From: an uncultured Pseudomonadales bacterium
GTDB taxonomy: Bacteria; Pseudomonadota; Gammaproteobacteria; Pseudomonadales; JANQJO01
DNA length: 64,000 nt
Direction: 5' to 3'
NCBI GenBank assembly: GCA_964510525.1
Contig: CAZECE010000071.1
Coordinates: forward strand, 11,986-75,985
The notes beneath the pieces are model-generated. The model was not told where the DNA came from, did no database searches, and was given only the letters and a program-made list of their open reading frames with translations. Below, in pieces: positions 8,655 to 17,033 of the stretch; the first letter of the stretch is position 1, and each line of letters begins with the position of its first letter. The position numbers and the translations under genes were made by a program.

Positions 8655-9149
8655 TTACCCAGCCGCCAGTTCTTTTTGGGAGTCGGGCATTTGAGATTCA
8701 ATCATTTGGCCAACATCCATTAAAATAAGCAACTCACCTTGCTTATGTGAAACACCTTGGAAAAAATGCCGTACATGCTCCTTACCTAGATTTGGCGTAG
8801 GCTCAATGCTGTTGGTTTCGATATCTACGACATCCTCCACGCTATCAACCAAAATACCAACAACCTGTTCAAGAGCCTCAACAATCACTATCCGGGTTTT
8901 TTCTGAAATTTCGTGACTGTCCAAATCGAACAAGCTGCGCGCGTCCAAGACGGTGACAACATTGCCACGCAAGTTAATGATACCCAAAACACTTCTACGA
9001 GTACCAGGCACGGGGGTGATTTCTGCGTATCGCAAAACTTCACGCACCTGCATGACATCCACACCATAACGCTCATCCGCAATACGGAAAGTCGCCCACC
9101 GGATGACTTCAGCCCCGTCAGAACTTCCATGTAACTCTGGTTGTGACAT
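8655..9149 (-). CDS. cheW: Chemotaxis coupling protein CheW
   Basis: Single CheW domain: YGVDVMQVREVL, VLGIINLRGNVVTVLD. ATG start with GGAGAGACA SD. Confidence 0.9.
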   Translation of the reverse strand: MSQPELHGSSDGAEVIRWATFRIADERYGVDVMQVREVLRYAEITPVPGTRRSVLGIINLRGNVVTVLDARSLFDLDSHEISEKTRIVIVEALEQVVGILVDSVEDVVDIETNSIEPTPNLGKEHVRHFFQGVSHKQGELLILMDVGQMIESQMPDSQKELAAG

Positions 9150-9183
9150 ACCTGTCTCTCCCTAATTCAAATCGCTTATGCTG

Positions 9184-9669
9184 CTAGCTTAGGCGGTCCA
9201 TTTCTTTCCATTCTTCTTCAGTTAAAATTTTGCCCAACTCAACCAATATCAACAGAGTATCATTTTTATAACAAACCCCTTGGATAAAACGATTGTTCTC
9301 TTCATTGCCCACATTAGGCGCATGCTCAATTTCGGATTCACGAATATAGACCACTTCGGCCACGCTATCGACCAGCATACCAATGACGTTGTTTCCCGCC
9401 TCAATAATCACAATACGACTGTGATCAGTGATTTCTTGTGAGGCCAGCCCAAAACGCTCCCGAGTATCCATCACCGTTACCACATTACCACGCAAGTTAA
9501 TGATTCCCAACACATAGGAAGGCGCACCAGGTACCGGAGCAATTTCTGTATAACGGAGAACTTCCTGAACTTGCATCACATTGATACCATAAGTCTCACC
9601 CGCTAATTTAAACGTGACCCACTGAACAATAGGGTCATCTGAAACAGTGTTTTGTGCAGCGTGCGACAT
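9184..9669 (-). CDS. cheW: CheW-like coupling protein (tandem paralogue, in the position usually held by parP)
   Basis: Single CheW domain: YGINVMQVQEVL, VLGIINLRGNVVTVMD. Roughly half of positions are identical to the downstream CheW by eye. It has the same GGAGAGACA SD. Confidence 0.85.
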   Translation of the reverse strand: MSHAAQNTVSDDPIVQWVTFKLAGETYGINVMQVQEVLRYTEIAPVPGAPSYVLGIINLRGNVVTVMDTRERFGLASQEITDHSRIVIIEAGNNVIGMLVDSVAEVVYIRESEIEHAPNVGNEENNRFIQGVCYKNDTLLILVELGKILTEEEWKEMDRLS

Positions 9670-9824
9670 AATTGTCTCTCCATTAATTAGGAATTAGTAA
9701 GCTCTTTACTAAGCTTAGAATCCATTGCTTCTTTTGCAATTTAACTGAGCTTGGCTCTTATCTATTCTGGTGCCTATCTATTCTTGTACTTATCCACACA
9801 GGCGCCGATCCACTCTAGTCATTA

Positions 9825-10511
9825 TTAATCAAGCCCATCCGGTCTAAGCAGAGCACCTTTTGATATCATCAAAACCACCCGACGATTTTTTTGGCGGCCT
9901 GATGATGTCAGGTTATCCCCAATCGGCTGATACTCACCATAACCCACAGCAGCCAACCGCTCAGGCTGAATGCCATTAGCCACTAACTGACGGACCACAG
10001 TCGTGGCTCTCGCGACGGACAACTCCCAATTTGACGAATACTGGCTATTGGCTATTGGCTGATTATCAGTAAAACCTTCAACTCGAATGGCATTTTGAAA
10101 TTGAACCAAAATATCGGCAACTGCATTTAAAACTTCTTGAGCTTCGAGTGTTAATGTCGCTTGACCGACGTCAAATAAGAGTCGACTGGGAATATCTATT
10201 TCCAACCAGTCCGAGCTGGCGTGTATGGATAATTGACTTTCTTGCATCCAATCAGGCAACCCATGATGCAATTGAGCCTCTAATTGGGATAAATTTAACG
10301 AGCCTTGACCATATTGATCATAACCCGTGGACGCCAAGACACCATAAAATGCTTGCTCAAATTGCTCGGACAGCACTTTATACTGGCCTTCATTGACACT
10401 TGAAATCGAATACATAATGACAAAAAATGCAAACAGCAGCGTTATGAAGTCAGCATAAGAAACCACCCATCGAGTTTCCTCATGAACATCGTCATCTATG
10501 AACCGTCTCAT
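9825..10511 (-). CDS. motD: Flagellar stator protein, MotB/MotD family (OmpA-like C-terminus)
   Basis: VSYADFITLLFAFFVIMY TM/plug region and an OmpA-like domain (GFTDNQPI...NWELSVARA). The start shows an ATGA overlap with the upstream gene. Confidence 0.85.
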   Translation of the reverse strand: MRRFIDDDVHEETRWVVSYADFITLLFAFFVIMYSISSVNEGQYKVLSEQFEQAFYGVLASTGYDQYGQGSLNLSQLEAQLHHGLPDWMQESQLSIHASSDWLEIDIPSRLLFDVGQATLTLEAQEVLNAVADILVQFQNAIRVEGFTDNQPIANSQYSSNWELSVARATTVVRQLVANGIQPERLAAVGYGEYQPIGDNLTSSGRQKNRRVVLMISKGALLRPDGLD

Positions 10512-11278
10512 GATGCTTTCGCCAACCCTTGATCGCTGTAATGCAAGTAGCCTTCAAGGCGTTTCTCTAATAGAAGGCTGTGCTCGCCCTCAGCAATGGC
10601 AACCAAACCATCCAACAACACCTCATCTTCGAGCAGTTGATGTCGAATGAGCGCTTTGAGTTTATTGCCAATGGGTAAAAAAATAAGGTTGGCAAAACCA
10701 ACTCCATACAAAGTCGCTATGAAAGCGGTCGCAATGCCCAACCCTAAGCTTTCCGGCTCTCCCAAATGCCCAACAACTTGAATCAAGCCAATAACAGCCC
10801 CCATAATGCCAATGGTCGGAGCATAACCGCCCATAGAACTGAATACTTTGGCGGCCATCATTTGCTTATGTTCTCTGGCCAAAATATCCGTCTCCAACAC
10901 ACTACGAATCGCCTGAGGTTCCGTACCTTCGATCAACAAAGACAACCCTTTTCTCGCAAACTCATCACTTTCAAGATCTAACGCTTCTTGAAGACTGATA
11001 ATGCCTTCTTGACTCACCGAGCCACTCCAAAATTTCACCTTATTCACTTGATCAGAAAGACTTAAGGCAGGAGGGTGAAACACCCAAGAAAGTAAATGAA
11101 CAGCCTCTTTAAAAGTAGACCTAGGCGTTTGTAACAACACCGCCCCGACAGTACCGCCAAGAACAATTAAAAAAGCAGAAGGGTTAACAAAGATGGCAAG
11201 AGCCCCCCCTTCAAGTAAGACTCCTAGTATAACAGCACCCAGTGCCATCAGACCGCCGATTAAGCTCAATTTATCCAC
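10508..11278 (-). CDS. motC: Flagellar stator protein, MotA/MotC/PomA family
   Basis: Four TM helices and MGGYAPTIGIMGAVIGLI. GTG 11278 has GGAGA 6 nt upstream and gives VDKLSLIGG, like MotC N-termini. The track start at 11293 is another GTG. Confidence 0.85.
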   Translation of the reverse strand: MDKLSLIGGLMALGAVILGVLLEGGALAIFVNPSAFLIVLGGTVGAVLLQTPRSTFKEAVHLLSWVFHPPALSLSDQVNKVKFWSGSVSQEGIISLQEALDLESDEFARKGLSLLIEGTEPQAIRSVLETDILAREHKQMMAAKVFSSMGGYAPTIGIMGAVIGLIQVVGHLGEPESLGLGIATAFIATLYGVGFANLIFLPIGNKLKALIRHQLLEDEVLLDGLVAIAEGEHSLLLEKRLEGYLHYSDQGLAKAS

Positions 11279-11324
11279 GCGGATTCTCCGCACTCTTTTA
11301 TATTTATAGCATTAGGCATTTATA

Positions 11325-13898
11325 TTATGAGGCGATACGCCAGATCTCACCACTGGATGACGAACGAGAGGCGTACTCAAATAACATATTAGGCACATCA
11401 AGAATTAAGGCAATTCGGCCATCACCCGTGATGGTCGCACCCGCCATGCCAGCCGTACCATTCAGCATTTTACCCAAAGGCTTGATCACCACTTCTTCTT
11501 GACCAATCAACTGATCGACAACAAACCCAACCTTCTGCGTCCCTACAGACACGATAACCACGTGACCTTCCCCATCACTGGATTCTTCTAAGCGACTTTC
11601 TGGTTCAATTAACCATTCACTTAAGCGAAACAAAGGAATGGGTTTTTCACGCACAATCACCACTTCTTGTCCGTCGACTTCATTCGTCTTAGTCAGATCT
11701 AAGTGGAAAATTTCATTAACGCTGACCAATGGGAAAGCAAAAGTTTGCTCGCCAAGCATCACCATCAACGTAGGCATAATAGCCAACGTTAGAGGCACTT
11801 TGATCGTTAATAGCGTTCCTTTACCCGGTTCAGAAGAAACATTGATGCTGCCATTGAGTTGAGTGATTTTCGTCTTAACAACGTCCATCCCAACACCACG
11901 ACCTGAAATATCAGAAATCTCTTCTTTTGTAGAAAATCCTGGATGAAAAATTAAATTAAAGGCTTCATTGTCAGTTAAACGCTCAGCCGCTTCAAAATCC
12001 ATCAACCCTTTTTCTTCAGCCTTACGTCGTAACACACTGGCATCCATACCTGCACCATCGTCTTTGATGGTCAGCATAATATGATCGCCTTCTTGTTCAG
12101 CAGACAGCACAACATTTCCCGCTGCGTCTTTACCTGATTGCTTTCGTGTTTCAGGGTCTTCCACACCGTGATCCACCGCATTACGCACTAAGTGGACCAA
12201 AGGATCCGCCAAGGCCTCAACCAGGTTTTTATCCAGATCCGTCTCTTCACCTTTAAGAACCAAGTTCACTTCTTTTTTAAGCGATCGAGCCAAATCTCTG
12301 ACCACACGAGGGAAACGACCAAATACTTTTTTAATGGGCTGCATACGCGTTTTCATCACCGACGCTTGTAAGTCGGCCGTCACGACATCCAGGTTAGCCA
12401 CCGCTTTGGACATGGCTTCATCGGTTGTTTTTAACCCCAGACGAACCAAACGATTCCGCACCAGCACCAGTTCGCCAACCATGTTCATGATGTCGTCTAG
12501 ACGCTTAGTGTCGACCCGTACGGTTGTCTCGGCTGGCGGGGCATCCTTGGCAACCGGTTTTTGCGCCGCCGCTCGCGGCGTTCTTTCAGCAGGTTTAGCA
12601 GCCGCTGGTTTTGCAGTAGTTGGCTTTGCGATAGCCGGCTTAGAAGCAGCAGGAACTTCTTTCTTTGCAGCAGCAGGAGCAGCCGTAGGTGTCAGTGTTG
12701 GTGCCGGCGCTTTTGGAGATTCAGCAGGCTTGCTAACTTCAGCTGGCTTAGGTATTTCAGCTGTTGTCGCGTCTGAATTAGCGGTATTACTAGAAGTCGA
12801 GGGGGTAGTCGCAGATGCAGCCGCCGGAGCTTGAGCTGCAGTAGGCTGACTGGAAGAAGGTTTATTAGCAGACGGATTATTTCCAGGCTGTTTATTACTA
12901 GACTTAGGCATTACCTTATCATGACCATGCAAAGCGTCTAATAAAGATTCAAACTCATCATCCGAAATATGTTCATCAGAACTGTTGATAATCGCATCGA
13001 GAGCACTGTTATTTGCTGGCGCTTCAGTATTTTCTTGAGCATCTACATGAGCTGGTTCAGGTGGGCTGATAGGCTCTGAACTGCCCTTCGCTTCTGGAGG
13101 CGAAGCGGCTGGCGCCTCACCTTTGGTCTGGCCTGGCGCTCCACCTGCACCGTGCAATTGATCTAAGAGCGCCTCAAACTCACTTTCTGTGATTTCATCA
13201 CTGCTGGCCTTCGCATCTGATGCATTGGCGTTAGCTTGAGATGACTCACCCGGTTTAGCGGATTCCGAATTAGCGTTTGTGCTGTTTTCAGTCGCACTCG
13301 CTTCTGCAGCACTGGCTTGCGGCGCATCGAACAATTCGATTCCGGCTTCTTGTGGCGCCTCTTGCGGTGTCTCTTGCGGAGCAGCTTGAGAAGGCGCATC
13401 AAAAAGCTCAGCATCGCTATTCTCTGAAGCACTATTATCCGGTGTGATATCCGCCGTGCTGTCAGATGGTGGCGTTTCTGCATCTTGCTGTGCCGGCGCT
13501 TCTGCTGCATCAGGCGCCACCAGTTTATGCAGGGCTTCCAGAATATCAGGCGGTGCCGGATCAGGGTAGGCTCGCCCTGTCACCACATCAAACATGTCTT
13601 TCAAGACATCGGTTGAGCGCAGCACCACATCCATTAATTCCGGTGTGACGAGCAATTTGCCATTTCTAAGCTCATCAAACACATTCTCTGCAATATGACA
13701 AAGCTCAACTAAAGGCTCTAATTGCAGGAAACCAGCACCGCCCTTTATCGTATGAAAGCCTCGGAAAATTGCATTCAACAGATCAAGATCATCACCAGAG
13801 GTTTCCAGAGTGACCAACTGCTCAAACAGAAGCTCGAGGATTTCTCCCGCTTCAACTAAAAAATCACCAAGGATCTCTTCATCAGCATCAAAACTCAT
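11325..13898 (-). CDS. cheA: Chemotaxis histidine kinase CheA (Hpt, long disordered linker, dimerisation, HATPase, CheW-like; no obvious P2)
   Basis: Hpt motif FHTIKGGAG. Dimerisation region TVRVDTKRLDDIMNMVGELV. N-box HLVRNAVDHG, G1 DDGAGM, G2 GRGVGMDVV. C-terminal CheW-like domain. Confidence 0.95.
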   Translation of the reverse strand: MSFDADEEILGDFLVEAGEILELLFEQLVTLETSGDDLDLLNAIFRGFHTIKGGAGFLQLEPLVELCHIAENVFDELRNGKLLVTPELMDVVLRSTDVLKDMFDVVTGRAYPDPAPPDILEALHKLVAPDAAEAPAQQDAETPPSDSTADITPDNSASENSDAELFDAPSQAAPQETPQEAPQEAGIELFDAPQASAAEASATENSTNANSESAKPGESSQANANASDAKASSDEITESEFEALLDQLHGAGGAPGQTKGEAPAASPPEAKGSSEPISPPEPAHVDAQENTEAPANNSALDAIINSSDEHISDDEFESLLDALHGHDKVMPKSSNKQPGNNPSANKPSSSQPTAAQAPAAASATTPSTSSNTANSDATTAEIPKPAEVSKPAESPKAPAPTLTPTAAPAAAKKEVPAASKPAIAKPTTAKPAAAKPAERTPRAAAQKPVAKDAPPAETTVRVDTKRLDDIMNMVGELVLVRNRLVRLGLKTTDEAMSKAVANLDVVTADLQASVMKTRMQPIKKVFGRFPRVVRDLARSLKKEVNLVLKGEETDLDKNLVEALADPLVHLVRNAVDHGVEDPETRKQSGKDAAGNVVLSAEQEGDHIMLTIKDDGAGMDASVLRRKAEEKGLMDFEAAERLTDNEAFNLIFHPGFSTKEEISDISGRGVGMDVVKTKITQLNGSINVSSEPGKGTLLTIKVPLTLAIMPTLMVMLGEQTFAFPLVSVNEIFHLDLTKTNEVDGQEVVIVREKPIPLFRLSEWLIEPESRLEESSDGEGHVVIVSVGTQKVGFVVDQLIGQEEVVIKPLGKMLNGTAGMAGATITGDGRIALILDVPNMLFEYASRSSSSGEIWRIAS

Positions 13899-13923
13899 TC
13901 AGCTTCCACTCCGTTGGCTCGCA

Positions 13924-14715
13924 CTAAAATCCCAAACTGGACAATAAGTCATCCACATCATCTTGATTGGCCACAACATCTTCCCTTTCATCTTTATTGA
14001 TAATGGGGCCTTCTAAATATTCCGCTTCTTGGTTTTCCATTTCATAGCGGATTGCATCAAGTTCAGAACTATCACCCGAAAAGCTTTGCAAAGTTGCCGC
14101 TAATTTAACAAGCTCAACTAAATTATCTTGAACATCAGAAACAATGCTGATGACTTTTTTAATGACCTGGCCCGTTATGTCTTGAAAGTCTTGAGCCAGC
14201 AATATGTTATTTAAGTTTTCATTCAGCTGATCTGAATTATCAATGGCTTCGTCTAAAAAGTTTTCCATTTCGCCATAAAGCGCTCGAAACTCTTCTGCAC
14301 TGAGTTCACGCTTAATCAATCTTGCCCAAGTCTCTTTTAATTCACGTGCTCTGGAGCCCAAATTTTCAGAAATCGGCACCGTATCTTCGACCATGTCCAT
14401 GGTTTTATTCGCCGCATCTTCTGTAGTCTTTATCACAAACTGCAAACGATCTGACGCACTTAAAATTTGCTGAGCTTCGCTGTTGTCAGTAGCCTCTTTG
14501 CCTTTCGCATCAATGCTGAAATTAACTAACGCACTGTGCAAAGCACGAGTCATTTTACCGATTTCATGATACAAGGTTTTATCTTTGATCCGATTGATTT
14601 CGCCTAACTGGCGATAGGCATCGGTCGTATTTCCGGCTTCTAGTGCCACTAAAAGTTCTCGGGCAGACTCGGCGAGATCCTCTCGATATTGATCGGTTAT
14701 TTTTAAACTGTCCAA
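13924..14715 (-). CDS. cheZ: CheY-P phosphatase CheZ
   Basis: Active-site region AQDFQDITGQ and the C-terminal CheY-binding peptide DDVDDLLSSLGF. TTG start with AAGGA upstream. Confidence 0.9.
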   Translation of the reverse strand: MDSLKITDQYREDLAESARELLVALEAGNTTDAYRQLGEINRIKDKTLYHEIGKMTRALHSALVNFSIDAKGKEATDNSEAQQILSASDRLQFVIKTTEDAANKTMDMVEDTVPISENLGSRARELKETWARLIKRELSAEEFRALYGEMENFLDEAIDNSDQLNENLNNILLAQDFQDITGQVIKKVISIVSDVQDNLVELVKLAATLQSFSGDSSELDAIRYEMENQEAEYLEGPIINKDEREDVVANQDDVDDLLSSLGF

Positions 14716-14770
14716 AATGCCATCCTTGTCTGTCTAAATCCTGTCTGTCAAACCATGTGACTTACGATCG

Positions 14771-15157
14771 TTACGCGCCAGCCCTTTCAAAAATCTTATC
14801 AATTTTGTCTTTCAACGCGGCCGCCGTAAAAGGTTTCACCACATAGCCGTTCACACCAGCTTGCGCCGCTTCAATAATTTGCTCACGCTTCGCTTCAGCT
14901 GTTACCATCAAAACAGGTAAGCCGTTTAGTTTTTCATCCGCTCGAACGGCTTTGAGTAACTCAATCCCTGTCATGCCTGGCATGTTCCAATCCGTTACCA
15001 AAAAGTCGAATTTCGTACTTTGCAACATGGGTAAAGCGGTATTACCATCATCCGCTTCATCCGTATTGGTGAAACCAAGATCACGCAATAAGTTTTTGAT
15101 GATTCTGCGCATAGTCGAGAAATCATCGACGATGAGAATCTTCATGTTTTTGTCCAA
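14771..15157 (-). CDS. cheY: Chemotaxis response regulator CheY
   Basis: [27 protein letters not shown]. The TTG start has AAGGAGAGG 5 nt upstream; the alternative ATG 15145 gives MKILIVDD. Confidence 0.95.
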   Translation of the reverse strand: MDKNMKILIVDDFSTMRRIIKNLLRDLGFTNTDEADDGNTALPMLQSTKFDFLVTDWNMPGMTGIELLKAVRADEKLNGLPVLMVTAEAKREQIIEAAQAGVNGYVVKPFTAAALKDKIDKIFERAGA

Positions 15158-15289
15158 GGCATCCTCTCCTTACCAAAAGGCCAGTAAACTCTCTTGTTAT
15201 ATTTACTGTTTTTCTCTTTTTAAAGTCTAGTAGGGCTTTGAAGGCTATCCAGTTTGGAATAAAAAAATTTCCGCTTACAACGCGTTTTT

Positions 15290-16051
15290 TTATTCATTCA
15301 CTTCGCCAGTTTGCCAAGATTCCAGATAATGCCGCAATCGAATAGCCGCTTGGCTGTGAATTTGACTGACCCTGGACTCAGTAACCCCTAAAATTTCCCC
15401 TATTTGTTTTAAATTAAGCTCTTCTTTGTAATAAAGCGATAAAACCAGTTGCTCTCGCTCTGGCAAATCGCCAATACACTTGGTCAACGCCACCTTAAAC
15501 AGTTTATTTTCAATCTGTTCTGAAGGCCCTAAATTATCAGTATCAGGGGTTTCTGGCATCGCAGGGGGCGATTCATCACCATCACTGAAGGTATTCAGCT
15601 CACTGAAATTGAATAGCTTGCTGCCTTGGGTATCTTGAAGCATTTCGTAGTATTGCTCGATCGAAACACCTAACTCATCTGCAATTTGCGCATCCGTCGC
15701 TTCGCTGTGATGTCTATTTTCCACTTTGCGAATGGCCTCAGAGATTTTCCGAGTATTTCTATGAACAGACCGAGGCACCCAATCACCACGACGGATTTCA
15801 TCTAACATCGCGCCTTTAATCCGGATACTAGCAAAGGTCTCAAAGCTGGCACCTTTTGATGCATCATATCGCTTACTGGCTTCAATCAGGCCAATCATGC
15901 CCGATTGCACCAGATCCTCTTTGGAAACATTGGCCGGCAGTCTCGCCAACAGGTGCGCAGCAATTTTTTTAACCAAATCAGCATGACGCTCAATCAAGCG
16001 ATGAAGCTCGGCCTGAGGATCCTGATTAACTTGGCTAATTTTGTGGTACAT
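15290..16051 (-). CDS. fliA: Flagellar sigma factor FliA (sigma-28)
   Basis: Sigma-70 regions 2-4 (LVQSGMIGLIEA, IRRGDWVPRS, LNLKQIGEILGVTESRVSQIH). It sits between flhG and cheY. Confidence 0.95.
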   Translation of the reverse strand: MYHKISQVNQDPQAELHRLIERHADLVKKIAAHLLARLPANVSKEDLVQSGMIGLIEASKRYDASKGASFETFASIRIKGAMLDEIRRGDWVPRSVHRNTRKISEAIRKVENRHHSEATDAQIADELGVSIEQYYEMLQDTQGSKLFNFSELNTFSDGDESPPAMPETPDTDNLGPSEQIENKLFKVALTKCIGDLPEREQLVLSLYYKEELNLKQIGEILGVTESRVSQIHSQAAIRLRHYLESWQTGEVNE

Positions 16052-16072
16052 AAAAACGTATAAATCCCAGAA

Positions 16073-16891
16073 CTAACTGGCAACCCCTTGCACTAAACGC
16101 TCTACAAAAAACTCCAAATTACCGCGTGGAACAGAAGGCAGTGGCCATGAATCAACTTTTTTAGCCAAACTCTTAAACGCCAATGAAGCTTTACTTCTTG
16201 GGTAAAGATCGCAAATGGCCTTCTGCCGCTGCACCGCCTTCCTGAGATTTTCATCGAAAGGAATAGCCCCAGTATATTGCAAGGTGACATCTAAAAATCG
16301 ATCGGTCACTTTAACCAGCTTTTCATAGATTTCACGCGACTCTTGAACCGTACGCGTCATATTCGCTAAGACATGAAATCGATAGAGGTTGTAATCTTGA
16401 TTTAGCATTTTAATCATTGCATATGCATCTGTGATAGATGTCGGCTCATTACATACCACCAGTAATAGCTCTTGAGCTGCGCGAACAAAACTGACCACGG
16501 TATCCGAAATACCCGCCGCTGTATCAATGATCAACACATCAACTTGATCTGCCAAATCATTAAAAGCATTGATTAACCCGGCATGCTGCAATGCATTCAA
16601 CCCAACCATTTCATGGGTACCGGAAGCCGCCGGAACAATGCGAATGCCTTTGGGGCCTTGCACCATGATGTCATTTAAACTGCATTCGCCATTCAAAACA
16701 TCGTGCAAATTACGTTTTGCCGAAATCCCCAACAAAATATCCACATTGGCCAACCCTAAGTCGGCGTCTAACAACACCACCCGGCGCCCCATTTCAGCCA
16801 AAGAGATCGCCAAATTTACGGAAACATTGGTTTTTCCAACGCCGCCTTTGCCACCAGTAACGGCTATCACCTGTACGGAATGCCTTCCCAT
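16073..16891 (-). CDS. flhG: MinD/ParA-type ATPase FlhG (FleN), flagellar number regulator
   Basis: Deviant Walker A TGGKGGVGKT. It lies immediately downstream of flhF. Confidence 0.9.
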   Translation of the reverse strand: MGRHSVQVIAVTGGKGGVGKTNVSVNLAISLAEMGRRVVLLDADLGLANVDILLGISAKRNLHDVLNGECSLNDIMVQGPKGIRIVPAASGTHEMVGLNALQHAGLINAFNDLADQVDVLIIDTAAGISDTVVSFVRAAQELLLVVCNEPTSITDAYAMIKMLNQDYNLYRFHVLANMTRTVQESREIYEKLVKVTDRFLDVTLQYTGAIPFDENLRKAVQRQKAICDLYPRSKASLAFKSLAKKVDSWPLPSVPRGNLEFFVERLVQGVAS

Positions 16892-17033
16892 GCCTGCTTT
16901 CTTCCTTAATTCTTATGTTGTTCAATTACTTAATACGGTGGAAAAACCGCAACATCCTTTTGAGTGTAATCCAAATAATGCCACTCAACCCAATGTATAC
17001 CCATGTACTCACCTCTCCCCAAGTCATCCCTCA

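Noticed and set aside
12334-13648. Antisense and alternative-frame ORFs inside the cheA linker: 12334..12834(+), 12561..12776(+), 13163..13510(-), 13466..13648(+).
   Set aside because: These are stop-poor artefacts of the GC-rich, low-complexity Pro/Ala/Ser coding repeat. Their translations are themselves low complexity, and cheA explains the region.
15158-15289. I searched the fliA-cheY gap, and the gaps before motC and cheW, for a sigma-28 promoter (TAAAG-N14/15-GCCGATAA).
   Set aside because: Only a TCAAAG -35-like hexamer is present, with no GCCGATAA-like -10 at the correct spacing. No call made.
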